From: Octopus bimaculoides
Taxonomy: Eukaryota
Assembly: GCF_001194135.2 (NCBI RefSeq)
Contig: NC_069000.1
Coordinates: forward strand, 34,041,264 to 34,088,669
Reading direction: 5' to 3'
DNA length: 47,406 nt
Position 1 is the first letter of the stretch. Each line of letters starts with the position of its first letter. The notes below the pieces were generated by a model. That model was not told the origin of the DNA. It saw nothing but the letters and a program-made list of their open reading frames with translations, and ran no database searches. Shown one piece after another: positions 26,101 to 36,960 of the stretch. The translations under genes and the position numbers were made by a program.

Positions 26101-26153
26101 CTTTGATCATTAATGAACTTCAATCTTTATAATTTCATAGATTTCGGCTTACA
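26101..26153 (-). other. Candidate alternative upstream USP32 exon (5' UTR or MIK start)
   Basis: taatcag|TGTAAG...ATGATCAAAG|gtaagac: strong donor, weak acceptor; ATG ATC AAA G would join exon 15521 in frame. No transcript evidence. Confidence 0.3.
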
Positions 26154-26599
26154 CTGATTAAATTAGCTATGAAATGTTGAACAATCTAATCTATTCTTAT
26201 AAAACATTGTAAAGTGTCTTAGTGCATTATCAAATGTATCAGTTTATAGTGAGTAACTTAAGTATAATTATCATGATTCTTACTGTATGTGTATTCCAAT
26301 GCATACATTGAGCATGTACTAGATATATACTATCACTACAAAAATATGATTAACATTTTACACACAAATTGAGGTATCATTTTTATGTAAACAAAACAAA
26401 CCTATGTTATGAATGCTCAATGACTTGCATTTTCATTCAGTCTCTCTTGCCATAATTCCCTAGTATTATGTCTACATTCAGTATCATAAATCAAGCTTCC
26501 TGAACGTAATTCAAAGGTGCATTATATGAAGAATAAAATATGCAAAACTCTATAGTTCAAGAAAAAAATAAATGAGTCAGCTTTATATATGATCTTTCA

Positions 26600-26824
26600 T
26601 GTTTTACTTGTTTCAGTCATTGGACTCCAGCCATGCTGGGGCATTGGCTTAAAGGATCTAGTTGTACAAATAAATCAACTCGAGGACTTATTTTTAGTTT
26701 CTTTCTGCCAAACCGCAAAGTTACAAGAACATAAACAAACCAACACCAGTTGTCAAGCGGTGGTGATGGACAAACACAAATACAAACATGCATGCAGATA
26801 CATATATAACCCTGTATGTATACA

Positions 26825-26861
<37 letters not shown>

Positions 26862-27055
26862 AGAGAGTGTGTGTGTGCGCACGCGCATGTGTGTATACAT
26901 ACATTTGTCTTTCAGTTTTCATTTACAAATTCACTAACAAGGCTTTGGTCGGCCCAGGGATATAGTAGAAGACACTTGTCCAAGGTGCTGCACAGTGGAA
27001 ACGAACCCAAGATCACATGCTTGGAAAGCAAGCTTCTTAACCACACAACTGTGCC

Positions 27056-27056
<1 letters not shown>
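26600..27056 (-). mobile_element. Bipartite SINE with compound (TG/AG)n linker
   Basis: Both halves match 9763-10167. Confidence 0.85.
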
Positions 27057-27096
<40 letters not shown>

Positions 27097-27360
27097 CTTT
27101 TATAAGTAATATTCTAAAAGAATATGTAACTGAACTTATATTGAGTGCTCTATTTTTTGAGCAAATAAATATATATATATATATATGTGTGTTTTTATAT
27201 TAATAAATTTATAAACTTATCAATAATATTCTCAGGAAATCAATATTTAATATTTCTAAANNNNNNNNNNNNNNNNNNNNNNNNNNNNNNNNNNNNNNNN
27301 NNNNNNNNNNNNNNNNNNNNNNNNNNNNNNNNNNNNNNNNNNNNNNNNNNNNNNNNNNNN

Positions 27361-27877
27361 AAAAATAATTTCAATTTTTGTGCATTAAAAAGCCAAAGCT
27401 GTTAGACGCTAGCTTACAGCGATCGATATATACGCAGTGAACGTTTTCTCCATTTGCGTGCAATAAGGCTTAGGGCAAGCGAGTGTAACATCCAAATAAC
27501 TTGAAAAGAATGCATGTGGAAATGCCATTATAATGAATGCTCATTTAAATGTATTTTGCATGGAGTTGATGTACTTTTTAACAGGAGAGGAGTGCTTGCT
27601 GGCTGGTTCTTCTCAAGTTTACGCATTTTCAGGTTCAATGTGTTTCAAATAAGTACTGACAATTGAAGGTGATTGCAAAGACAAAGAACTACCTGTTTTT
27701 TTAAACAATTTTAACAGTGAGAACATTGGACAAAATATGTTATTGACATTAATAGTTTATACCTCAGCTAATTACTGTTGAGAACTGCATAATCTATGTG
27801 TCATGTTAGAGATCTAAAAGGCATTTTCGAATTTCATTCTTTTCTTTAATCCAGGCAACGCTGGATATTTCTGCTAG
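27361..27877 (+). mobile_element. Helitron-like non-autonomous element; only the 3' end is well supported
   Basis: Subterminal hairpin atccag-gcaacg-ctggat (27849-27866) followed after 7 nt by CTAG (27874-27877) and then T, the canonical Helitron 3' terminus; 5' end unknown and possibly in gap 27261-27360. Confidence 0.6.
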
Positions 27878-27880
27878 TTA

Positions 27881-28102
27881 CCTATGTAACCATTTCTGTA
27901 TAAGGTCAAATTCAACTCTTAATTCAAGTTAAATAAGTAAATTTCCTTACACATCCTCAGGGTAAAGAGTAAACACCCCAAAAAATGTATAATCTTTTTT
28001 TTTTTTGTATTTACTCTTTACCCTGAGGATGTGTAAGGAAATTTACTTATTTAACTAGAATTAAGAGTTGAATTTGACCTTATACAGAAATGGTTACATA
28101 GG
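27881..28102. mobile_element. Young foldback MITE with TA target duplication (Tc1/mariner type)
   Basis: About 92-bp arms (27881-27972 and 28011-28102) with one mismatch, flanked by TA on both sides. Confidence 0.9.
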
Positions 28103-28282
28103 TAATAAACTTTAATATATATGGATATTAGCGTCAAAGCTCTTATTTAAATTTTTGATATATAACCAAGGAGATCGATTCATAAGGGGTTTACTATAGA
28201 CCTTTGTGGACGAATTTTTGCTATTTTGGTAACGATTACATGTTTTATCTTACTAATACATTTGGTAGATATTGTTATATGA

Positions 28283-28317
<35 letters not shown>

Positions 28318-28339
28318 CATATATATACATACATACATA

Positions 28340-28484
28340 CATATGATGGGCTTCTTTCAGTTTCTGTCTACCAAATTCAAGGCTATAGTGGAAGACACTT
28401 GATCAAGGTGCCATGCAGTGGGACTGAACCTGGAACCATGTGGTTAAAGAAGCAAACTTCTTACCACACAGCCATGCCTGTGTA
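28340..28484 (-). mobile_element. SINE head fragment
   Basis: Matches 10010-10160 with an internal deletion. Confidence 0.85.
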
Positions 28485-28719
28485 ATATATGTAGTATTGT
28501 GTGTGTGTATCTATAGATCTTTGAAAGATGGTTGGTTGTGCTGTGACCAGGATGGAAGTCATGCCATTCTTCAGCTAGCTTGAAGTTAACAATTTCCCAA
28601 CATTTCTTTTCCAGACACTAATCATAGACTTTACTGGGGAGGCTGAATAAAGAGATTCTTCTCTATAATTAGAGCACTTTCTCTTGTCTCCATTTAAAAA
28701 AATTGATGATATCAACCCA

Positions 28720-28995
28720 GGTTGGCTTTGCCTCAGTGTCTGAGTTCCAAAGCCATCTGACATGTTGCAGGAGAGAATTGCAAGATGGATTCTTCAAGCT
28801 GAACCAATCAACAAGATACCCAAGAGTAGACCCAGTACAATATGGTTGGATAATATCCATGGTGTCAATTGGACATGCTTGGAAATCCAGCCAGAAATTC
28901 CAATAATAGTTACTTCTGATAGGACCCAATGGAGGAGGTGCCTGAGGATTCTATCCCAACGACCCTTCCAGTTATAGTGAACAGGGAAGATGGAC
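28720..28995 (+). mobile_element. RTE-clade LINE 3' end (different family from 14-515)
   Basis: ORF 28762..28977 QERIARWILQAEP...PKSRPSTIWLDNIH...W..LEIQPE...DRTQWRRCLRILSQRP resembles the RTE/Expander-type terminus R..W.D.I...W..LGI.PE...DR..W...L.LLPPRP. Confidence 0.7.
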
Positions 28996-29524
28996 GAATG
29001 AATAGATATGCTTATGTCTATGTAAAATAAGGGATAGTCCCTTACATATATATATACAATATGTGTATGTGGAATGCGTGTGAATGTATGCACACACACA
29101 CATATTTACACAGTGACAGTTTACTCTCACACACGACAGGATAGTGAGATTTATTTTTACTTTTAACAAATGTATAATATTGGTAACTTAACACGATAAA
29201 ATATCTTCGTTACTAGCATTCTCAATAATAACTTCGTTACCAATATTCTCAATAACACTATTATCTATGGATTATTGTAGTTGATTTATTAGCTTATTGG
29301 AACATTCTTAACACCATAGTTACAAATATATAAACTATGGCGACCATGCGCCATTCCTTCCGTCGTTTCCACACCTTACATAATTTATTGATAACGTCAC
29401 CAAGTATTTCCTCCGTAGAACTATACATACATACAGATAGATAGATATACATACACATCTCTCTCTACATGTGTGTGTATATATGTAATATAAACTTCGA
29501 TCTGTTGTATCGATGGTTTTCATT

Positions 29525-29610
29525 TTCATTTTATTTATTTCAGTCATTAGACTGCGGCCATGTTGGGGCACCGCCTTGAAGCATTTTTGTCGAATAAATT
29601 GACTCCAGTT
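29525..29610 (-). mobile_element. SINE 3' terminal fragment
   Basis: tttcagtcattagactgcggccatgttggggcaccgcc. Confidence 0.75.
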
Positions 29611-29724
29611 TTTTTTTATTGTTATGTATTTTAAAAAAGGATTTTTCTTTAGTTGAAACAGCATGTATAAACACACATTAAATATCATTATCTAAATATA
29701 CTGTTATGTTATATATATATATAT

Positions 29725-30267
29725 NNNNNNNNNNNNNNNNNNNNNNNNNNNNNNNNNNNNNNNNNNNNNNNNNNNNNNNNNNNNNNNNNNNNNNNNNNNN
29801 NNNNNNNNNNNNNNNNNNNNNNNNNNNNNNNNNNNNNNNNNNNNNNNNNNNNNNNNNNNNNNNNNNNNNNNNNNNNNNNNNNNNNNNNNNNNNNNNNNNN
29901 NNNNNNNNNNNNNNNNNNNNNNNNNNNNNNNNNNNNNNNNNNNNNNNNNNNNNNNNNNNNNNNNNNNNNNNNNNNNNNNNNNNNNNNNNNNNNNNNNNNN
30001 NNNNNNNNNNNNNNNNNNNNNNNNNNNNNNNNNNNNNNNNNNNNNNNNNNNNNNNNNNNNNNNNNNNNNNNNNNNNNNNNNNNNNNNNNNNNNNNNNNNN
30101 NNNNNNNNNNNNNNNNNNNNNNNNNNNNNNNNNNNNNNNNNNNNNNNNNNNNNNNNNNNNNNNNNNNNNNNNNNNNNNNNNNNNNNNNNNNNNNNNNNNN
30201 NNNNNNNNNNNNNNNNNNNNNNNNNNNNNNNNNNNNNNNNNNNNNNNNNNNNNNNNNNNNNNNNNNN
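29725..30267. other. Assembly gap flanked by (TA)n; other gaps at 2661-3067, 22992-23595, 27261-27360, 35694-35703, 42200-42680, 45821-46230
   Basis: Runs of N seen directly. Confidence 1.
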
Positions 30268-30954
30268 ATATATATATATATATATATACGTCAACGATAC
30301 CAAATTGTGTGTTTATGTTTATACGCACATGATCGCTTGTTTTAAGTTTTATTAAAAATAAAATTCTTTTGAGATATTTCCTCTTATTAACGAATATAGC
30401 TCCATCATGGCTTTAACACGAAACTAATATAAATGTATAAATAATGGCTATCCCCACAGCCTCATAGAAGAAATACTATTGTTAGTTTTAACTACTACTG
30501 TAAAATAGTTTTAGTAACTGTTTCTTTATTATATATACATTTTAATATACATAAGAAATGTTTGAAAAACATTAAGGTGGATAATCATAATTACTATATA
30601 AATGCATTTGATTATTGTAAATATTCCAACGCCATGTTTAAAAAAAATTATGGCGATTCGCTTAACATTATTAGAAAAGATTGTTGTGTCGATACTTTTC
30701 TATAAATTTTACAAATTGCTACTGCACAAAATAGTGTATTGAAAGGATCTTTATATATATATATGATGTGTGTCTATGTATATATATATGTGTGTGTGTA
30801 TATGTGTATATAAGTATATATATATATCTTTAAATATAGATATATAGAATAATTTGTAAAATTTGCCTATAAGGTTTTTATTTACGTACTTACTACTTTG
30901 TAAAATTATTACTGATTTTACTCTATATTATTTAAATTATACATACATACACAC

Positions 30955-31002
<48 letters not shown>

Positions 31003-31849
31003 TCACATATCACATTCATATATTTATATTTGAGTGTGTTATATATATTAATACAAACACATACAAAAAATTACTCATTGAATTTCCTAAACTAATGACT
31101 CGATTTAATAGCTAAAAAGAAAAAAAAAGATGAAATTATCAGTTTATTCCGAAAAAGGAACTTCGGTGATCCAGAAAGTTTAGCGTCTTTCCGTGATAAT
31201 AAATACGTCTTAGTTTCCTTGGAGATTTTTCGTCAGTTATTTATTTATTAGCTTTAACTTTAGCTGATCTTTTCTCCGTTCGTTAGCATTTATTTTTTAA
31301 AACTACATATGACTCGATTAATTCGGTTTTGTATTTCGTAAGTATAAAACTGTGAAACCATACTTAAAACCATTCTCAGCGACTTTATTATTACTATTAT
31401 TATTAACATTATAATCTATATATATTTTAATAGACATAAAAATGTTTATAACCCTTGAACCATGGAAAGTGGGAGTTATTATTGACTAATTCGAATAACC
31501 TAAATTTCACAACGCTATAGTTTTCTAACAATGGCGATCAACCATCATTCTATATGTCGCATTGATATATATATATTTTTATACCTTCTTAACAAATTTT
31601 TGAGTAAAAGATTATATAAAAGGATTTTTATTTTTAGTCAAACTAGTTACTTTCTTAGTTAAAAATCAACTATCCCACATTCAGTTCATTTTCCGGGACG
31701 CTATTTCTTTTTATTTTTAAACATGATTATGAAATAATTTTCAGTGCAGAAAATAAGAAATATATTTTGTTAAAACAATAACAATCGGAGTTTTCTTTAG
31801 TAATTATTCTATATTTTCGATTTTTGTAAATATTTACTTTAATATTCGA

Positions 31850-31960
31850 CAGATGCAAAATGGCGGAAGGGAGGGGGGGCTGTAAGCTTTTTTTTTAAGC
31901 CATGGAGTGACGTGGCAAATACTATGCAGTAAACAACACGTGATCAAGACGTGGGTGTGA
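31850..31960. promoter_or_regulatory. Putative bidirectional promoter motif cluster
   Basis: CAAAATGGCGG (YY1 type, 31856-31866) overlapping GCGGAAG (ETS-like), G-rich box, TGACGTGG (31908-31915), CACGTG (31937-31942), GACGTGG (31948-31954); reverse YY1 site CGCCATTTTG at 33036-33045; CpG-richer than the flanks. Confidence 0.55.
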
Positions 31961-32424
31961 GTTGCAGAACAGACATTAACAAATTCCTCCGCTATGATAC
32001 TATTTATGTATATCGTATTATAAGTTTTAAATTTTCATATATTTTTTCTTATATATAATTAATATATAATTTTTATTTGATGGACAAGGAAAATATCCAT
32101 TAGATTTAATTGTATTTGAAAATATAAAAAAAATGTGAATGGAACTATATTTTACCTTGGGTGCGTATTAATACTGAAAAATGTGATTAGACCTATTAGT
32201 ATAAATACTACTGGTGTACTATTTTCCAGCAGTTGCAGTACCCGGTCGCCTGATCAAGTTCTTGTCAATTTGTCGTAAAACTTTTTTTCCTTATTTTTTC
32301 GAAATTTAAACATAATTATTTGTGCAACATTTGTAAAATATCAGAAAATAAAACATTTGTATTTTGTGTTATACATATGTCTATTTATTCTTTTTAATAT
32401 TTTACTTGACTTTTTCTTCTGCAG

Positions 32425-32473
32425 TTAACGTTATTAGGAGTGAAATATTTCGACAACCTGGCTTGTCAACATA
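32425..32473 (+). ncRNA. Candidate exon of a divergent plus-strand, apparently non-coding transcript
   Basis: Branch-like cttgac, polypyrimidine tract and tgcag acceptor, then donor ATA|gtgaga; further plus-strand donors such as gttaag|gtaagt at 35146/35147 and GATGAG|gtaata at about 39177. No sustained ORF found. Confidence 0.4.
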
Positions 32474-35400
32474 GTGAGAATCAAAGGTTCACTGATCTAT
32501 CCTGGTTCCCAAGTAGACTCATGCCATTTCTGCCTAAATTCCTGCGTATATTCCTACATTTTATGGGTAATCATGGTTAACTGTTTTAATGTATTCCGCA
32601 TCCACCCTGGCAGCTTGGAAAAAGTACACGGGCAATCAAAACACCACTTTTTGTAAGGTTTCTCTTTACATTCTTCTATACATTTACAGCTCCAAATGTA
32701 ATAAAAATTCTTGATAAGCGAAAAAAAAAAAAAAGACACATAAAATAATTTAAAAGAAACTACATATATATTGGTTACAGTGTAAATGCTTAAAATAATT
32801 TCATTTTATTGAAATAATCGCGAAATTTGTTGCGGCGCAATTCTCTTTGTTCGTGGTTTTCTTTTTTCTATAGCCATATGCCTCAATAGGAGAAAGCTGG
32901 CCTTATAAAATTGAAATAAACCATTTTGTGACGGAACTCCTGCTACTAGAAGAAATAACCTGCTTACTGTGTGATGAGTGACGTGTGTGGGTAAAATTGT
33001 AAGTTGTGTTGAGTAAAGGTCGAGTGTCCTTGAGACGCCATTTTGATTTATTTCTACGTCTTTTGTATTTAGTTCGTGACCTTATTTTGTCGACTAATTT
33101 TTTTTTTCAAATTGACATTTAAAAAAGTCTTCACAGTTAATGTAATTGTAAAACGATTGTTGAAAGCACTAGTTTTTAATTAAGTTCTGACTATTTGAGA
33201 ATTATGACGGAATTTTTTTTTTCGAATTAAGTTTAGAGACTTCTGTTTTATTAGAACATAAAATACGTCATACGTAATAATGACGAAAAGATTCGTAAGC
33301 TAAATTGACGTTAATTTAGAATCTTGTTTTACATGAATTTGTATTTAAATACCAGTGACGAACTTAACTAATCAAAACTTCATTTGTCAGTATGCGAAGC
33401 ATTTTCCTAATGCTAATGTGATGACATTTTATGAAGATTAAATTTGATCTGATGAGACGTAGATTTGCTCCTCAAAGATGGTCGTCTTTGAGGGCTTGCT
33501 TGATGGTCGCGTTATGGGGATTTTAGGTCAACGATTTCATGTGCCAGACCTGCATTCTTGGGGGGAAAAGTCCGAGTTTTTGGAATACTGTTTGAATTCG
33601 AGATAAAATAATAAGAATTTTCTCTAACAATGAGTTGTTTAAACATGCTTGCTTGTGTTATAGCATTTTCTCGTCCACGCAATTTGTTTGTATTTTATGG
33701 CTACAGTGTTCACCTTGAGAATCCTGTTTTTGAGACTACAGCAAGGTCTGTCATTTCTCGCGCTCCGGTCCACGGGTTGCCGCCAGTTGGCTACTTTGGA
33801 CCCAAACCCTTTGTCTTGTCCAGGCTCATGTCTCCCCATCATATTGTGTACATACAGATACAACAAAGGATATCTAAACAACGGTTCAGGTAAACCCTGG
33901 TGTTTTACTTTTGCTACCCTGTGTATGTGGACACGATATGAATGTTGTCACTTGTATGTATTAGATGGTGATGGTGACTCGTGTTGAGTGAATGATTGAT
34001 TTTGACATCTGTATTGAATTGTGTATATTTTATGGTCACTAATGCGGTATGGCAACACTGGATTGTGAATATTCTCGATCGATAGTACTGTTACTTTAAG
34101 GGAATCGGAACTCGTTTAAGACAGTTTGTATGGGAAATATCAGTGTGATGCTTCTTAAGTTAGCTTTGTTGCAGAATATTCTAGTAAACGTGATTATATA
34201 GGAATTGACAAATTAATTTTTTGTATTTAGTGCAACAAGAAATTGTAATTATCTAAATATAGTTTCAAGTGCAATGTGTTTTCCACTCTTGGGAAGCCAC
34301 TTGTTTTAGCTGGCTATTTTTATTCTAGGGATGTTTCACCATGCAAAGTTTAGCCATTTCCTGGCAAGGGAAACAAATGTTGATGACATAAGGATAAATT
34401 TTTACTATTACACTTTGTCAAGCTATTTATAGCTCGTGTTACTATTGATATTTTGACTTCTTTCAATTCCAAAGTCAGAATTGGAATATAGTAATATTCG
34501 TTACGCGCTTGTCTTGACTAGTTTATAAATGAAGATGAGTTATTCTGAATTATGTGGAAGTTGTTGGCCTTTGTCGAGTGATAATTTAAAGCTAATCAGA
34601 AAAGATTGGTAGCAAATATTAAATATTTTGCTTGTATGCGGGGAATGAATTCATTTTGCTTTCATTTCTCGAAACCCTTTGTATTTAGAATGTTTATATT
34701 TTAACTTTTGAAATTATATAATTAGCATTGTTAATGTATTTCAATGAAAGCTTGCTAAGTTTATTCTGCAATTGAGTCATGTAATATTCTTAGAACTAAA
34801 ACAAGGTATATTATCGTGAATGAGTGATTGTGCCCGAAATTGTCTTAGATGTAAGTTTATTAGCTTCAGGCTATTGATGTTGTAAATATTGTTTGTTGAT
34901 AAAAGTATTGGAATTTGTACCAATATTTGTCTTTTTCTCCCCCCAACACGATTTTACCTGGATGAAAATGGGGCTGAGATGCTGGCAAGACGAAGTCAGC
35001 TTCTTTGGCAAAAAAAACTAGAAGAATTATAGAAAGGCTATTCTGTGACAGGGTAGACAAAAAGCCATCAAATATTGGGGAGCTGTTAAATCTTATTCAA
35101 CCAAGCTACACATAACGATTGCCTGGGCCATGGTTTTTTGGTTAAGGTAAGTCTTGTCACCAAATGAGTTTGCAGTCTCTACTTGTTTTAGCTTTGTAGT
35201 TCATAGCAGATGATTTGATTAAACTCTTGTTTGTTTAAAGAGGTTTTACTAGATAATATATCAATGATTTCAGATGTGGAAATTTTGATATGAACAAATA
35301 CAAAGATAAGATTGTATTTTTGAAGTTTAACTTCCTACTATGCTTTGTCACTGTAAAATGATTTCATTAAGGATAAGCTGGCAGTTTTAATGTACTCTAG

Positions 35401-35511
35401 ATTTTGTTTCTTCAACTTCATTAAAAATGGGTGCTTTGTAACGAAAATTTCCAAGTAACATTCAGATGTAAATTACGATGATATCGGAATTTAAGTGGAT
35501 ATAAAAAATTG

Positions 35512-35716
35512 GGTAATCTTCAAGTTTAGGGGGGTAAATAAAAATATTCAAGGGAAATAACTGCACGACTTACCAGTATTCGTTTTCTTCCAGCTGTTTA
35601 TAAATAAATCACACCCCAACGTCAATCAAATCACGTGTGATTTATTTATAAACAGATGTACGGAGAATACTGGTAAGACGTTCAGTTACTTCCNNNNNNN
35701 NNNCTTGAAGATTGCC
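35512..35716. mobile_element. Merlin-like foldback MITE 1
   Basis: Ends GGTAATCTTCAAG / CTTGAAGATTGCC, 8-bp direct repeat AAAAATTG at 35504-35511 and 35717-35724, inner arms 35553-35614 and 35635-35693; a 10-N gap lies in the right arm. Confidence 0.7.
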
Positions 35717-35864
35717 AAAAATTGGATACCCATATATAAATGGGTATTTCTCATAATTTCGAGCTTTTACATGGTGAGCGCGCAACGTACACCATGTATT
35801 TTTTTTTTTCCTTTCTCACATTAAATTTCGTTATAATTGCAATTTACACCATCTGGAAGTTAGG

Positions 35865-36118
35865 GGTAATCCTTCGTTTTAGCTCGACAGAACCAAACAA
35901 ACGCTCGGCTGTTTCCATGACAACTCAATTCACTTCGGTTATCTTCGTGACAATTGCTAAAATGGAAAAGGCTAATGGATCGTGTGTGCGTGCGCGCGCA
36001 CAACACGTTAGCTTTCTTCTCCATTTCAGCAACTGTCACGAAGATATCCGAAATGAATTGTCGAGTTACGGAAACAACCGAGTGTTTGTTTTGGTTCTGT
36101 CGAGTTGAAACGATTACC
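35865..36118. mobile_element. Merlin-like foldback MITE 2
   Basis: Ends GGTAATC / GATTACC, 8-bp direct repeat AAGTTAGG at 35857-35864 and 36119-36126, imperfect arms of about 110 bp around a (TG/CG)-rich loop. Confidence 0.75.
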
Positions 36119-36424
36119 AAGTTAGGGAACAAGGTCAGGGAGGGATTATTTGATCTGTTGGTTTTGGGACTCTACATAATTTGATAACATAGTTTCTCGT
36201 TTTCGTTTTGTCTTGGTTAATATCTTGTAGAAGTTTATCTCGTGTGATGCTGGCGAAGCATCACACTAGATTGGTTGTAATTTTTTTAGGATATTTTTTT
36301 ACATTCCCCGCCTCCAATGTGTGGTATTAGGATTCTGTAAAAAGTTGCAAAATTCATGGTCAAATATAAAGACCTTCGCCCGGGAACAAAAAAAATTAAC
36401 CAACCTGGGGGTCGGTGTCAACAA

Positions 36425-36960
36425 GTGTGTCGAAAACGAATGTGTTAAATGCGGGGTGGGGAGGGGACTTTCGGAAAATTCACAAGATCCGATATTTCCG
36501 TTATAACTTTTGGGAAAATTGATGTGTATTGATTTTTTTAACGGAATCCCACATTTTTAGCTATGGAGGATCACACACATAGATACCCGTAGGCCTTTAA
36601 GCAGGCTATCTACATGCTAGAAATAACAGCCAAAACTGCAATAACGATGAAATTTTGAAAAGCTTTTGGTTAATTTTCAGATTAACACCCGCACGATTTT
36701 CACTAGGGGGTTAGGGTTAGGGACGGAATTGCCTAACCCCAACCCTAACACCCTAGTGAAAATCGTTCGGGTGTTAGTCTGAAAATTTATCAAACTTTTT
36801 TCTTCCGTAACCAAAAACATGGGGATTCCGTAAAAAAAAAAAAATCTATATCCACCCCCCAATGACGGAAATATCGGGTCTTGTGAATTTTCTGAAAGTC
36901 CCCTTCACACCCCCAGGGTCGTCAGCGCTTTTTTTTTTTTCATATTCGTCTTCCACACGC
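36425..36960. repeat. Imperfect nested foldback element with a telomere-like inner hairpin
   Basis: Outer arms about 36460-36580 and 36800-36902 (ggactttcggaaaattcacaagatccgatatttccg mirrored); inner hairpin 36672-36787 with ttagggttaggg / cctaaccccaaccctaa; outer boundaries approximate. Confidence 0.75.

Noticed and set aside
22814-30332. Long ORFs at 22814..23650 and 29678..30332
   Set aside because: Artefacts of reading through N gaps.
31860-32473. ATG GCG GAA... as the start of a plus-strand protein (MAEGRGG|FNVIRSEIFRQPGLST)
   Set aside because: The ATG is part of the YY1 motif and the frame stops at or shortly after the next candidate junction; at most a uORF or micropeptide.
33418-33495. 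C/D-box-like GTGATGA...CTGA plus a 9-bp hairpin as a snoRNA
   Set aside because: C-to-D spacing is only about 35 nt, with no terminal stem and no recognisable rRNA guide.
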